A stretch of 40,689 nt of DNA, from contig NC_068997.1 in assembly GCF_001194135.2 (NCBI RefSeq), positions 29,317,709-29,358,397 of the forward strand, given 5' to 3'. This document shows, one piece after another, positions 1 to 11,957 of this stretch. A program made the position numbers and the translations under genes. Each line of letters begins with the position of its first letter. The stretch's first letter is position 1. This DNA is from Octopus bimaculoides (lineage: Eukaryota). A model generated the notes under the pieces. It worked only from the letters and a program-made list of their open reading frames with translations. It did not search any database and was not told the DNA's origin.

Positions 1-304
1 AAATTGTCAAGTAAATGAGACGCATCTTTGCCTCCACTGATTCACTTGCAAATTGTTGAGTAAAATTTTTTCGTTGCAGACCTCCTTTGGGTCTTTTTAT
101 TATCACTACGACACACATAGTCCCCAGTTGGTAACATTGATTTCAAGGCCCTCCTAGATGAGAGACTGGCATTCCACTTAATGTCTATGTTCCATGCTGG
201 CATGGATTGGAGAGTTATTAATGTAGAAATATGGTATCGTAGCTACTAACAGTTGAGGGTTGCGTAGTCTAGATGGCGTTTTTAGATTTCATTATTCTCT
301 TTAA

Positions 305-332
305 CCCGGGCAAAGCCGGGTATTTCTGCTAG
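305..332 (+). mobile_element. Helitron-type 3' terminus
   Basis: Hairpin CCCGG-gcaaag-CCGGG (305-320), then CTAG (329-332) followed by T. This is the canonical Helitron 3' end; the 5' end was not located. Confidence 0.65.
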
Positions 333-627
333 TATATATATAAATATATAAACGGAAGTTGGTATAGCTGGAATGGTTTTTCATTTTAGTCAAAGCTCTG
401 CACGGATTAAACAACAACAACAACAATAACAAGTGGTATACACAAACGAAACAATTGGGAAAATGTTATAAACAATTCCAACCTGTTGCTTTTAACTTGT
501 TTCCACGTGAAATTAAACGATCGATGGATTCTCCTTTTGTATTAGACAACGTGCATAAGTAATAAATGAAAAGAGCAGAATTCAGAACAACGAGGAAAAT
601 ACAACGTTTGGTTCGATTTGTACTCAC

Positions 628-660
628 CATGTTGACAGAATAAAACATGGTTTTTGATTG
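628..660 (-). other. Candidate first coding exon of a neighbouring minus-strand gene (caacATG|gtgagt)
   Basis: ATG at 630-628 in a CAAC context, immediately followed by a consensus donor GTGAGT; CpG-retaining surroundings. No downstream exon found in the window. Confidence 0.35.
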
Positions 661-714
661 GAACCAGTTACGATATGTTTTATTAATTCATGCATTGATA
701 TATGAACATGCTGA

Positions 715-905
715 GGCGGCGTGCCGGCAAAATGGTTAGCAGGTCGGGCGGCGAAATGCTTAGCGGCATTTCGTCCGTCTTTACGTTCTGAGTTCAAATT
801 CTGCTGAGATCAACTTCGCTATTTATCCTTCCGGGATCGATAAGATAAGTTGTAGTTGAAGACGGGGGTCGATATAATCGATCTTATCCACTTTCCTGAA
901 ATTGT
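715..905 (+). mobile_element. tRNA-derived SINE, family A
   Basis: Pol III box-like head (gttctgagttcaaattc) and a body shared with copies at 2436-2631 and 40281-40415. Confidence 0.8.
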
Positions 906-2190
906 TGACTTTATTTAAACATGTTTGGTTGATGAAGAAGTTTAGTCTCCGCTGTAACATCATCGAAAGTAATCAGGTATTGTGTTCTGATTATTTTAAG
1001 TTATTGATTTTTTAAATTTATTCATTTCAATCATTGGACAGTTGTCATGCTGGGATACTTCTTTCAACAGAATAAGTCAATCAGATCAATCCCGGGACTC
1101 ATTTTAATTCATCGAATGGCTTGGTTATCGTATATGCCGGCGTATAAGACGCACCTCAGTTCAGTTTGTTTCATCATACACTTACTGAAGGATATTTTAA
1201 AGAGGTTTGGGGGGAAGGGGGATGATTTTGTGCATACAAATACATTTTTAACAGAATATTGGAATACAGTATGAAACTATAAATTTGTCACAAATAAACT
1301 ACGTTATGGGGATCGTATATTAACATAGATCTTCTTTCGGGTCAACTGTACAATTGTTTATAATTTGGTTGAAGGAATTGCCAAACAGGACGTAAAACTT
1401 GTATTTTTGCTTTGTGATGTTTTGTGTAACGGCGAGCGGCCACCGCTGCTATGGTTTTATTGTCATCCAATTGTTGCAAATGATTGATAGATGGGTGACA
1501 ATTTAACATTCCTTTCATCTTTCTAGGACAAATTTTCATTTAGATAAGATTAGGTAATTAAAGAATATTTCTTAAAGATTACACAGTCATTAAATAATAT
1601 AAAACAAATATCAGATGTGGGTTATGTATGCTGGAGGAAGGAAGTGTAACGAGATAATGTGACCTCGCCACATAAGTGCCGTTGTACCCTAAGTAAGTTT
1701 TTGTAGGTCTGTGCCAACAGTCTGATAATTTGGCTTGTTTTCAATATTTTATTATTAGTAACAATAATTGTGCCTAGCATACTTATGCTCATCCAACTCT
1801 CTACTTTATGGCACTTGGTCTCTCATCTGTAATATCGCAGTATTAGACGCACGACAATTCTTGGCTGTATTTAAAAATGAAAAAGAAAAAAAAAAGTAAA
1901 CCTTGTCTTATATTTCAGTAAATACGGTACCCTGCGTAAAGGGACACAACTCGAGGTACCGTTTCACATAAACAGAAATACATACATATTTGTGTGTGTG
2001 TGTGTGTTTCCACCTTATTAAATTCCACTCAGGCGGCATACTTAACGTGAGGCTATTTTAAAAGACACTCGCCAAAGGTGCCATGCATTGAGATCGAACT
2101 CGACGCCATGCGGTTGCTAAGCAGATTTTGTCATCACAAGGCTATGACTGTGACGAGGAACTAGATATTTTCTACAGGAAACATAAAGAT

Positions 2191-3067
2191 CAGTGGTTCT
2201 CAACCATTTTTTAAATTCACCTGTGGACCCTTTCTGATTCCTAGTTTACTCAGGTGGACCCCCATAGCCATTCCATGTTGAAAAAAATCCTTTTATATTT
2301 TCACAATTAAATATTATTAGGAATTGTATGAAAAAACAAATTAAAACATTTTGTATATTGTAGAAATTAAACCAGTTTATTGGGTAGAGTTTCGGATTAG
2401 GACACCCACGTAAGTTGGATGGGGAGAAAAATATTCTTTTCTACTCTAGGCACAAAGCCCGAAATTTTGGGAGAGGGGGTCAGTCGATTAGCTCGACCTC
2501 AGTACGCAACTGGTACTTAATTTATTGATAAAGAAAGGATGAAAGGCAAAGTCGACCTCGGTGGAATTTGAACTCAGAACGTAAAGACAGACGAAATACC
2601 GCTAAGCATTTCGTCCGGCGTGCTAACGTTTATGGGGAGAAAAATATTGGAAAACGTCAATACATGTCAGTGACAAAGTAACGAGGACGATGGTCGTGGA
2701 ATGTGCTAGAAATAACAGCCAAATTTCCTTTAAATCACACACTCTTTCACCTGAAAATATTTTCATTTTATTTTCTTTTATCAAAAAGGCTTCTCCTATG
2801 ATTTTTAAGTGCATCGTGCAAAAGAAAGAAAGAAAAACGGTCAAATTCGGTCCGGGGAGAGAGGGTGTGGGGAGGTGAAAGAAAAATCATAAATTTTGAA
2901 GAATTTTTCTTCATAAAAAGATGTCCCCCTCTCCCGTCAAAATGGGGAAAATCCAACATGTGATTATGTCCTTATCTGAAACTCTGCCATTTATTGTACA
3001 TACAATTTAACAACAAAATCTTACATGGACCCCCAAAGGTCACAGGGACCTCAGTTGAGAACCACTG
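2191..3067. mobile_element. Non-autonomous hAT-like element (MITE) with nested insertions
   Basis: Perfect 14-bp TIRs CAGTGGTTCTCAAC (2191-2204) and GTTGAGAACCACTG (3054-3067), typical of Charlie/Buster-type hATs. An 8-bp TSD is not recognisable. Confidence 0.7.
2436..2631 (-). mobile_element. SINE family A, 5'-truncated, with a 17-bp target-site duplication
   Basis: ATGGGGAGAAAAATATT at 2419-2435 and 2632-2648; the body is the reverse complement of the 715-905 family. Confidence 0.88.
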
Positions 3068-3439
3068 CTATTGTTGGTTGAGGGCTCCCAGAGAGATGAA
3101 GATTATATGTGGTGGATTTATCGGATTTCAATTTCAGATTGTGGAGGACATGACTCATTGCTCTATATTTATGCTTTCAACTGTATTAGATTATTGTATT
3201 GTTGGAGTGGAGGTAGAGATTGATGTTTTTTTAAATATTGCTTTGTCCTGGGGTAAGGGGCTGTGTCTATGGCATTCCCAAGCCCTCCATGTAGCTAATA
3301 TTTTCTTGGTATCCATGTAGCTAATGTTCTCTTGGTATCAGTTTACTAGTTTGTTGGTATATCTACACAAGTGTGCCCCCTTATAACTTTGTTTCCTCAT
3401 AACCTTTAGAAAAACGGATGCTTTTAATGCATTTTTCTT

Positions 3440-3736
3440 CAGTGTCCCATCACATGATGTGGGCTAAAAGTCCACACTGTAAAGTGGTTGGCATTTGGAA
3501 GGGCATCCAGCTGTAAAACCATGCCAAAACTTACTTTGCCTGTGCTTATGTCAGGTAAAAATTACTCAGTCCTCATTGCCGAGTGGTTGGTGTTAGGAAG
3601 AGCATCCAACTGTAAAAACCCTGCCACAACAAACACAGAAATCTGGTGAGGGCTCCTGCCTGGCCAGCTCCTGTCAAACCGTCCAACCCATGCCAGCATG
3701 GAAGGCAAACTTTAAATGAAGATGATGATGATGATG
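3440..3736 (+). mobile_element. RTE-LINE 3' tail fragments ending in (GAT)n
   Basis: Two partial copies of gtggttggc.ttaggaagggcatccagctgtaaaa, then ccaacccatgccagcatggaa and gatgatgat. Confidence 0.75.
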
Positions 3737-4304
3737 TATATATACATGATTATTTGGAGTCTTTCATTTATTTCCTTTGTGCGTTTGTTTCATATCAACA
3801 AGTCTCTATTTCTTTGAAAACAGGTCAAGAATTGAAAGTCTTAAATTTCTTTCACAGCATGGGAAAATATGTCGACAAGACATTCAGTGTATTCCTAGTT
3901 TTAATGAATTTATTACAACCAGTTTAGTTGTATTATGTAACTAGTGAAACCAAGTAAAGAGTGCCTTGCATCACTGTCATAGACATAACATTCTCATTTG
4001 AGAAACCAAACCCAGCGAAGGAACAATGATGATGATGACGACACTGATGATGGAAATTTATCCTTTTCTTTTTGTTCCTACATGTTACTATTTTCTCTTC
4101 TGGCTAATTTATTGAAGGTTGTAATTTAAGATGAAATTTTGTTCTTCTTCCATTGAAATAGAAAAATATTAAGCAAAGAAAAAAAAACAATAAAAAAAAC
4201 ATATACAAAGAAACATTTGTAAGTTACAAGTCATCTTCTCAAATATTGAATGTCTAATCATTTAAACGGTAAATCTCTGAACCGAAGGAACTTTTGTGCT
4301 GTCC

Positions 4305-4465
4305 ATCAATCAACTAGAAATAGCAGTCATCTCATTCAAATGACATTTTTGAACAAAAAATGGCTAATGTAGTCCTCAATAGTCAAAGAGACAGGATGGT
4401 CACAACTGGAATGATTTTGAACATAAGTTTGGTTTAATCACAGTGGACTTTGAACTAAATGTATT
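4305..4465 (+). mobile_element. Degraded interspersed repeat, family F (SINE-like)
   Basis: ctagaaatagcag...aatgtagtcct...ggatggtcac..ctggaatg, shared with 18405-18650, 30745-30930 and 39105-39290. Confidence 0.6.
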
Positions 4466-4971
4466 TCTCTAAGTCATAACCTCCAAACTATACAATCTAA
4501 AATATTTGAATTATTTCTGATCAAAAGGTCACATTTTACTGAAAGACATTACATTTAAAGAATTACAAAAAAAAAAGAAAGAAAACCTCATATTTTATTG
4601 CTTCAATTTAAAATTTATTGATTACATATATATAAAAGAAAAAAAATTCTAAAAATAGCAACATCATACCTTGGTTAATAATTATAGCTGGTTGATAAGT
4701 TACAAAAGGATGAAATGGTTTTACAAATTATAAAGACAACTTTAAAGAAATCTGAACATTTGACTCCCAACACCAAAAAATAGGAACTTAAATGCAGATT
4801 GTAAATATCATATATACATAAAGGCTATATTATACTGAGTATTTGTGTCCTTAGTTCATATATATATATATGTCAGTGTGTATCTGTGTACATATATATG
4901 TGTGTATATATATATGTGTGTGTGTGTATATATATATATACATACATACATACACACACACACACTATCAT

Positions 4972-5142
4972 CCTCATCATTTAATGTCCATTTTCCAAGC
5001 TGGCATGGGTTAAGACAGTTTGACAGAAGCTGGTAAGGCCGGAGGCTACACCAGGAGCCATTACTGTTTTGGAATGGTTTCTATGGCTGGATGGCCTTCC
5101 TAATGCAAACCACTTTACAGAATGTACAGGGTGCTTTTTACA
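4972..5142 (-). mobile_element. RTE-LINE 3' tail
   Basis: Reverse complement of the ccatgccagcttggaaaatggacattaaatgatg tail. Confidence 0.75.
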
Positions 5143-5887
5143 TGGTACACGCACACACACACACTGACACATGCATATATTCCTTGAAAGTGAAAGAAAT
5201 TCTAAAATGTTTAACAGTCAAATGACTGAAACAAGTAAACAATGATTTGCATACTTATTTTTAATATGTGTTGGCAGATTTGAACACAAATATGCTAATC
5301 ACTGTTGTGTTTGTCACAGAACAGTTGCTTCTTTACCAGATTATTGCTGTAAGTTTTCATTACTCTGACCATTCTTAGCCTTAATTACTTTAGCTTTTTG
5401 CCAATCAGCTAGTTTGATTTCATTTTGAGTCATATGAAAATCAAAACCTTCTTCATTTGAGTGTTCATATTTCAATTGAAATCTTCCATAATAATTCTGT
5501 GTCAGAACTTTTTGTTCCAAACTCCAGCTTACGAATGGAAACATCTTCCTGTATTTAATTCTCTCTAAAGAAATAGTTACAAAAAGATTAATTAAATATT
5601 CTGTTCTCTCCCATTTCTATGTGTATGCTTGTAGTTATCCAGTTGTGTGTGTGGAGAGAGAGAGAGAGAGAAAAGAGAGAGAGAGAAAAGAAGATTTTGA
5701 CCTCCATTGGTAGCAATATGTAAACAAAATCTGATTTCTATAAGAACAAGTTTCTGTTGCATAGGTATGGCTTAATTTTATTGTGTATCGCTATTATCAC
5801 TGCTACTACTACTACTAATACCACCACCTTGTACAGTCCCACCCACCTCCCAATACATACAGGATCTTACATACTTCTTTGCATCAA

Positions 5888-5951
5888 GTCCGTAGATAGA
5901 CCAGTCCATAGATAGACCAGTTCGTAGATAGACCAGTCCATAGATAGATCA
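5888..5951. repeat. Minisatellite, 4 x 16 bp (GTCCRTAGATAGACCA)
   Basis: gtccgtagatagacca / gtccatagatagacca / gttcgtagatagacca / gtccatagatagatca. Confidence 0.9.
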
Positions 5952-7360
5952 ATCAATCAATTAATCAATCAATAGATAGACATTTGAAGTTGAAACTTCA
6001 CAATCACTAATGTGAAGCTCACCATTTGACAAATAGCAAAAGGTGTAACAGAATCATTAAGAGCTTCACTAAAGAATAAAAAAAAAAAACACCAGATCTG
6101 AATAAGACAAGGTTTAACCTCCATCATGTTTTTACTTCAAGTAAGTTACAGGCAAGGTTCAGAGATGAAATTTTAAAAGAAAAATGACTAATAAATTAGT
6201 AAAAAAATTCTTGAGTATGCTGGACTTAATAAAACACAAATACCTCATACCTAATATTATAATAAATATTCAAAAAGAGGAGGGGTGTCACTAAAACATC
6301 TCAGATCTTTTAAGAAATATCAAAAATTTAATTTTTAAAAATAACTCGGTTTTCAAACTAGTCTTTTTTTTTTACAATTATTGTCTTTCCAATGGTTCTA
6401 TGCAAGATTTTACTCCACAACCAAATGTAAGTCTTCCTCTGCGAGTACCGTGTGGCTCATTTGAGGAAATATTACTGCAATGAGTTTCCCAACTAATATT
6501 TAAATTCTTCCTTTAGAAGAATTTATGCTAATGCAGACTTACAAAGGAGGAATATGAACAGAGAAACGGAAACATTGCCCTTTCCACCTACTTATTTAGC
6601 TGATTTGTTCTGAAATAGATGAGGTTTATTATATCAGTAGATTCAAGAATGAATGCAATGAAATAAAAGTTCAGCAATTTTACCATAAAAAAAAAAGGAA
6701 TAATCCTTTGAGTATTGAGTTCTTAATATAAAAAAGTATTCCATACTGGAAAAGGAAAAATCACAAAAGTTACAAAATTATATTTCTTTAAATTCATAAC
6801 CCTGTATATAATGATTACTATCTTTAAACAATTCAGTATTAATTGCCATTTTAAAAAAAAAAAAGCACTATGAATTCAATTAATCCATTTTTTTTTTTAA
6901 TTATCACTTTGCTGTTTTAGGGGGAAAAAAAGCAATAGATAAATGTTGTTTAATTATTTTAGTATAAGTTAGTGTTATAAGATTACAACCGTCCAAAATG
7001 TTCAATAAATTTCTTCAAAATATCTTCAGAAATAAGTTTTAAAACAAAAGCAACACAACTCACATGGTTTGAAGAGAACAATGAAATAGAAAAATAATTA
7101 AGCAGAACAAAAATGTAACATGAATTAAAAATTTCATTTTGTTTTGATTTATATGTTGTATATTTAAGAACAGGGACTTGCTATCATAAAAAAATAAAAT
7201 CATTTAGCACTACTTGTTGTAAACTATATGGATAAGTGTAGCAAATGAATATAAATATTTAACAATTTTAAAGCAGTTTGTCCGAGAAGAAACAAACAAT
7301 GTATTTTGTGTTTTTATTCAAATCACATGTCAGCTGTGGATTATATTTCTCTTACTGAAG

Positions 7361-7368
7361 TAAGGCAC
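7361..7368 (-). promoter_or_regulatory. Candidate miR-124 8mer site in the putative 3' UTR
   Basis: Plus-strand TAAGGCAC equals GTGCCTTA on the mRNA, the seed match to miR-124 (UAAGGCAC...) plus A1. It could be chance. Confidence 0.3.
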
Positions 7369-9004
7369 AAGCAAAATTAGAGTGCTCATAGTGAAACAAC
7401 TAATAATAATTACATTGTGTTATATAGGTATATATATGTATGTATGTATGTATATGTGTATATAGACTAACTAATGAAAGAAACAAAATATATGTATAGA
7501 AAAATAAAACACAGTAAATAGCATCAATGATTAAATGCTTTGTGTGTTTATGCTAATATATTGATAAAATATAAACAACCTAATATTTTCTGACATTCCT
7601 CCATCGGATAAATATTTCCATAATAAAGAAGCAATTATGAAAAATTAGAGTGCAGTAGTAATTAAGCAAAAAACAGTCTAGCAACACAAAAATAAGAATT
7701 TATAAAATAAAACAGAATAAGAGCTTGTTTTTGAAACACCATAAAAGCTCTATTTAGCTGAGATATTAAGGTGTCTGCCTACTGGCAGAACAAAAAGAAA
7801 AATGTTGATGGTGACCTTTCCCCCACACTGCAATTTTTCCTCCTCAAAGTCACTTAAATCTTGCTGGCAATGTCCTTCAAGTGACAAACAGGTGTCATAA
7901 AAGATGCAACTGACTGCAGCATAAATTTAAATCACTAAATAACTTAGAAGAATTTTCTTAGTTCTATAGGACTGAGATGAAAGGTTTCCATAGGCTGAAC
8001 TACTGCAGGAGGAGACAAACACCACCAGCAGCATCATTATTATTATTGTTGTTGTTGTTGTTGTTGAAGATACAACATACAAGTAATTGATCAATATAAA
8101 CTATATGTATTAGCTTTAAATTGATACCAGTATTGACTGTAAGCACACTGGCAGCTCAGTAGTCTATGACCAGCAGAATATTAAATGGGTTTGATAACAG
8201 AAATCAAAATTGTAGTTGTCATGGAAGAGTAATTAATAACAAAATGAGTTTACAATTTGCATTTTTCACAAAAAGTTTACATGGACAGAATTATTTTGAA
8301 GAAGTTAAAAAAATACAAATTTTACACATTTATCATGAGTAATAATATTTAAGTGACCAAAAATAATTCAGAGTTTGAAGTCAACGCAGATTTTACAGTC
8401 GGTCAATGCTGAATGTGTTTTCCAATAAAATATTAGAAGGATGGAGTAAAATAATTGTTGGTCAAAAAGACCTGAGTAAAATCATAAAAATTAATGTTTT
8501 TCGTTTGTTTTACAATTTAATTTAATTATAAGTCATCACATGAGGCTCATTTAAAGTGAAATGAGTCCAGCTGATCATATTAACGAGATGGAATAATCAA
8601 TGAATAGAGCTGTAATATTGTATTTATAAGAATTTGATACTAAATGCCAACTTGGTAGATAGCAAGACATATGGAAACAAGCTATATACAGAATCAGTTG
8701 TTAAACTTTGAGAAATGTTCAAATGCAAAAGTGTTATAAGTATTTTGTTCCCTTTACCTGCTAGAAATTGAAGCAGTTGAACGAATTTCAAGTAGCAAAG
8801 ATAAGAAATACTTCCTTTGCTTATGTTGATGGAGCCAAAGAAATAAGAAAATAGTGTTTGCAGGAACATATTGATATGTTAGTGTTAGCAGCAAAAATAA
8901 TTGAGAAATGAAAAAAAAAAAAGCATATTTGCAACTGTCAATAAATTTTGAATAAAACTGAACTCACAGAAAAAAATATATAAATAAAAAAAATTGAAAA
9001 TATA

Positions 9005-9062
9005 TTAATTTTCTGAATCAATTGAGATTTTCTCAACACAGTCTTCTGGTTGAAGATCAAAA
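9005..9062 (-). CDS. ESYT2: E-Syt terminal coding exon (FDLQPEDCVEKISIDSEN*)
   Basis: Acceptor ttctctttgccag; phase 2 matches the upstream exon; TAA at 9007-9005; completes the final C2C strand (..DL). Confidence 0.85.
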
Positions 9063-9469
9063 CTGGCAAAGAGAAGAAAAACAGTTATTTTAAATATTGA
9101 TAAAATAAATTATAAACTATTTTAACTCTTCTCATAAAATCATCCAGGAAAACCCTGACACAACATTAGAATTAAAAATAAAAAGATTCAGTTATTCTAA
9201 TCGAATTATTTCTGCCTATTATTTTGAAAAATAAAGTAAAAAGTATGTCTGCAGGTGGTATTATGGTTTGTCCATTAGTATCACAGGCAAATTGTTCGTG
9301 TATAAAAACTATGAAGATGCATTTGTGCTGAGAAAAATTATTAATCTTAAATCTTAACCAACTCTCTCCTCTGTAGTAAGACGACTATCTGTCTCTCAAT
9401 CATACACTATTAATCTCTCAACTGACCCCCAGTTTCACACCCTCTCTCGATTAACAGATCTTAAGTCTT

Positions 9470-9671
9470 GCAAGTTACTTGGCGACCCTCCTGATGCTGG
9501 TGCCACATAAAAAGCATCCCAAATACTCTGTGAAATGGTAGGCTTTTAGGAAAGGCACCCTTTAAGAAGGGAAACCAAGCCAAAATAGACAATCAGCTTG
9601 GAGCATCTCTCCAGCTTGTCATCTCCAGCCAAAGCATCCAATCCACGCCAGCATGGAAAACAGATGTTAAG

Positions 9672-9714
<43 letters not shown>
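9470..9714 (+). mobile_element. RTE-LINE 3' tail with a long (GAT)n, in the last intron
   Basis: ggtgccacataaaaagca...ccagcatggaaaacagatgttaag followed by (TGA)n. Confidence 0.75.
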
Positions 9715-9716
<2 letters not shown>

Positions 9717-10088
9717 AATTAATTTAGCCTGATTCTTTTGGCTGGTTTCTTCTTTCTTTTATCATTAGGGTTTTTTGTGACTTCCTCAGGAGGTAATCTT
9801 AAATTTGGTTCCTTACCCCTGATGTATGGAAAACAATTAAATTCCCATGTGGTTGGGAAGCAAGCTTCTTATCACACAGCCATGCCTGTCTGTTATTTTA
9901 TGAAAACTAAAATCCTTTTATATTTTTTACTACAAATATATGAATATTAGAGTTACAGTTAACCTCAGAAGAATAAATTTATTTACAGAAAATTAAATTA
10001 CTTTTATTTATATAGACTAAGATATCATGGCCAAATCATCTCACATTAATTATAAAATATATAAGTTGACAAGTTAAAAGTTACTCAC

Positions 10089-10244
10089 AAGTCAGTCACA
10101 GCTTTTGAATCTTCAATATTGTGGAGCTGTATGAAGGCCACACCAATGATCTGGCGATCACTAGAGAACATGGATTTGTTATGCTTGACTGCTATATCCA
10201 GTGTGCGGGTGGCCAGTTCACCAGGGGCTACAGCAAATTCAAAG
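10089..10244 (-). CDS. ESYT2: E-Syt exon, C2C (FEFAVAPGELATRTLDIAVKHNKSMFSSDRQIIGVAFIQLHNIEDSKAVTD-F)
   Basis: Acceptor caatttccag, donor TT|gtgagt; 156 nt; RTLD.AVK motif. Confidence 0.95.
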
Positions 10245-10289
10245 CTGGAAATTGAAGCAAATACATCATCAGTAGACAACAATGATCAA

Positions 10290-10530
10290 CATTACCACTA
10301 CCACTACCACCATCACCATTATTACACACACACACACACACACACATGTATGCATATAGACACACACACACACAGAGACATATATATATATAGACATATA
10401 TACACATATATACATATGCATACACGCACATACACACACATAAACATACATAAACATATGCACACACACATGCATGTACATACGCACATACACACATGCA
10501 CACGCACATATATATACACACATAGATAGA
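10290..10530. repeat. Compound microsatellite (CAC/CAT, CA, TA)
   Basis: Direct reading; explains the overlapping H/T-rich and C/V/Y/M-rich ORFs at 10119-10589. Confidence 0.95.
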
Positions 10531-10778
10531 GAGAGGGAGAGTGGGAGACAGCAGGACAGAGATGGTGGTAAAGTGTCGGGCATACTCACAAGGGACAGTG
10601 GATCAGACTATAAAAGGGATGATTGAGTAAAGGAAGAGAGAGAGACACAGATGGTAGCAAGTGCCAGGGTATACCCTTCAGGATATTTATTTAAAATTGT
10701 TCAGCTGCAAAAAAGTGAAGATTAATCATAATTAAATATTCATTTATTATGACAGAGAAATAAGTCTACAACACTTAC

Positions 10779-10913
10779 GTTAAATCATAGATGGGATTCA
10801 GACTGTTTTTAACCACTTCAGTTTTTCTCTTGCTGGTGCTACTTTTGTCTGGGAGCAGATACATCCTGACATAAGGGTCTGCAAGGTTATCATCATCACA
10901 GGGCAGCAAGTTA
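10779..10913 (-). CDS. ESYT2: E-Syt exon, C2C ([45 protein letters not shown])
   Basis: Acceptor ctcttgacag, donor AC|gtaagt; 135 nt; [12 protein letters not shown]...KRKT polybasic PI(4,5)P2-binding strand. Confidence 0.96.
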
Positions 10914-11858
10914 CTGTCAAGAGATTTTATAACAAACTAAGGTTACTAAACCGTTTCAACAACTTCACCAGATCACAAATTACCAACAAATTTTCTCTGA
11001 CTTAGTCACAAATATTTTTGATAGGGAGCTATCTCCCCGCTACCAATATAAACAAACAAGCATGCATTCTGCACCAAAAGCCTATATGAGAGTTCCTGTC
11101 ATGGTACTTTCTGCAGTATAGTTTGTTCTAACAGAACATCCATGTTTAAGCGGGAATAAATATCCCCTCTCTTTCCATGGCTTTCAAGACTGAAGGAAGG
11201 GATAAGTTTATCATCAGACTAACAGTCTGGCACAAATGCTTTCAACAGGTTACACTCCACTAAAAGTAACCAAAAAAAAGACCAAGTGATGTGCTTAACA
11301 AGGCACAGGATTACCTCTACCATCCAAACACACACTCACAGAGTAGCGGTTCTTGTTGTTTAGAAGATGTTAAAGACACTAAAACGATAAGTGACAATAT
11401 AGTTGTTTGTGTATAGAAATTAAAAACTTGTGTAACACTCACTAACCTTACACAAATAAAATTATATTTACTTGACTTAACTTTCACCTAAATGTATAGA
11501 AAAAACAAATTGATACAAAGTGCACTTATTATTTTAGGTACAGTCCATCTCCACATTATAAATTCACTTGGACTTGTGTACACACAGACACACATGCACA
11601 TAATCCATGTATCTCTCGACTTGGCTTTCCTAACAGTTTGTGTAGCTGAAATCACTAAATGTTTAAATTGTACGAGTTTTAATGAGAATTTTCTGCTTCG
11701 TTAAACTTAAACCTATTAATTGATTAATTGCAACAACTTTCCTAAAGTACACTCTTGTCTTTAACCTCAAATTAGTAACGAGAAAATGGTACAGCTGCAA
11801 AAGAGAAAGAAAGAAACAACAAACATTCGTGGTGTACAAATCATAAGTGTTTACTTAC

Positions 11859-11957
11859 ACACATTTGTGGACAACAACCACCAGTTTTTGTCTGAGGCAG
11901 CTATATCGGAGGGTCAGTTGAATTCGACCACGTCCATGTTGTCCAGCACTTTCAATG
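11859..11957 (-). CDS. ESYT2: E-Syt exon, start of C2C (IESAGQHGRGRIQLTLRYSCLRQKLVVVVHKC-V)
   Basis: Acceptor ctatttataag, donor GT|gtaagt; 99 nt; G.IQLT.R.S..R.KL.VVVH motif. Confidence 0.95.

Larger units (their letters stand above)
5230..9004 (-). other. Probable long 3' UTR region of the E-Syt gene (true end unknown)
   Basis: Follows the stop codon; very AT-rich; no recognisable SINE or LINE; candidate AATAAA on the minus strand near 7313, 6625 and 5777. The extent is inferred. Confidence 0.45.

Noticed and set aside
466-648. 60-aa ORF resembling a type II membrane protein N-terminus
   Set aside because: The hydrophobic part lies 3' of a consensus donor and reads like T-rich intron; no family is recognised.
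715-800. tRNA genes at SINE heads (also 16060-16133 and 39532-39600)
   Set aside because: Only A/B-box-like remnants with no cloverleaf; each continues into a SINE body.
1924-1962. Short inverted repeat ACGGTACC...GGTACCGT
   Set aside because: Only 8 bp built on a palindromic hexamer; no TSD or second copy.
10119-10589. Overlapping 65-136 aa ORFs on both strands
   Set aside because: Artefacts of CA/TA microsatellites. The same applies to 4845-5172, 15787-16101 and 37747-38024.
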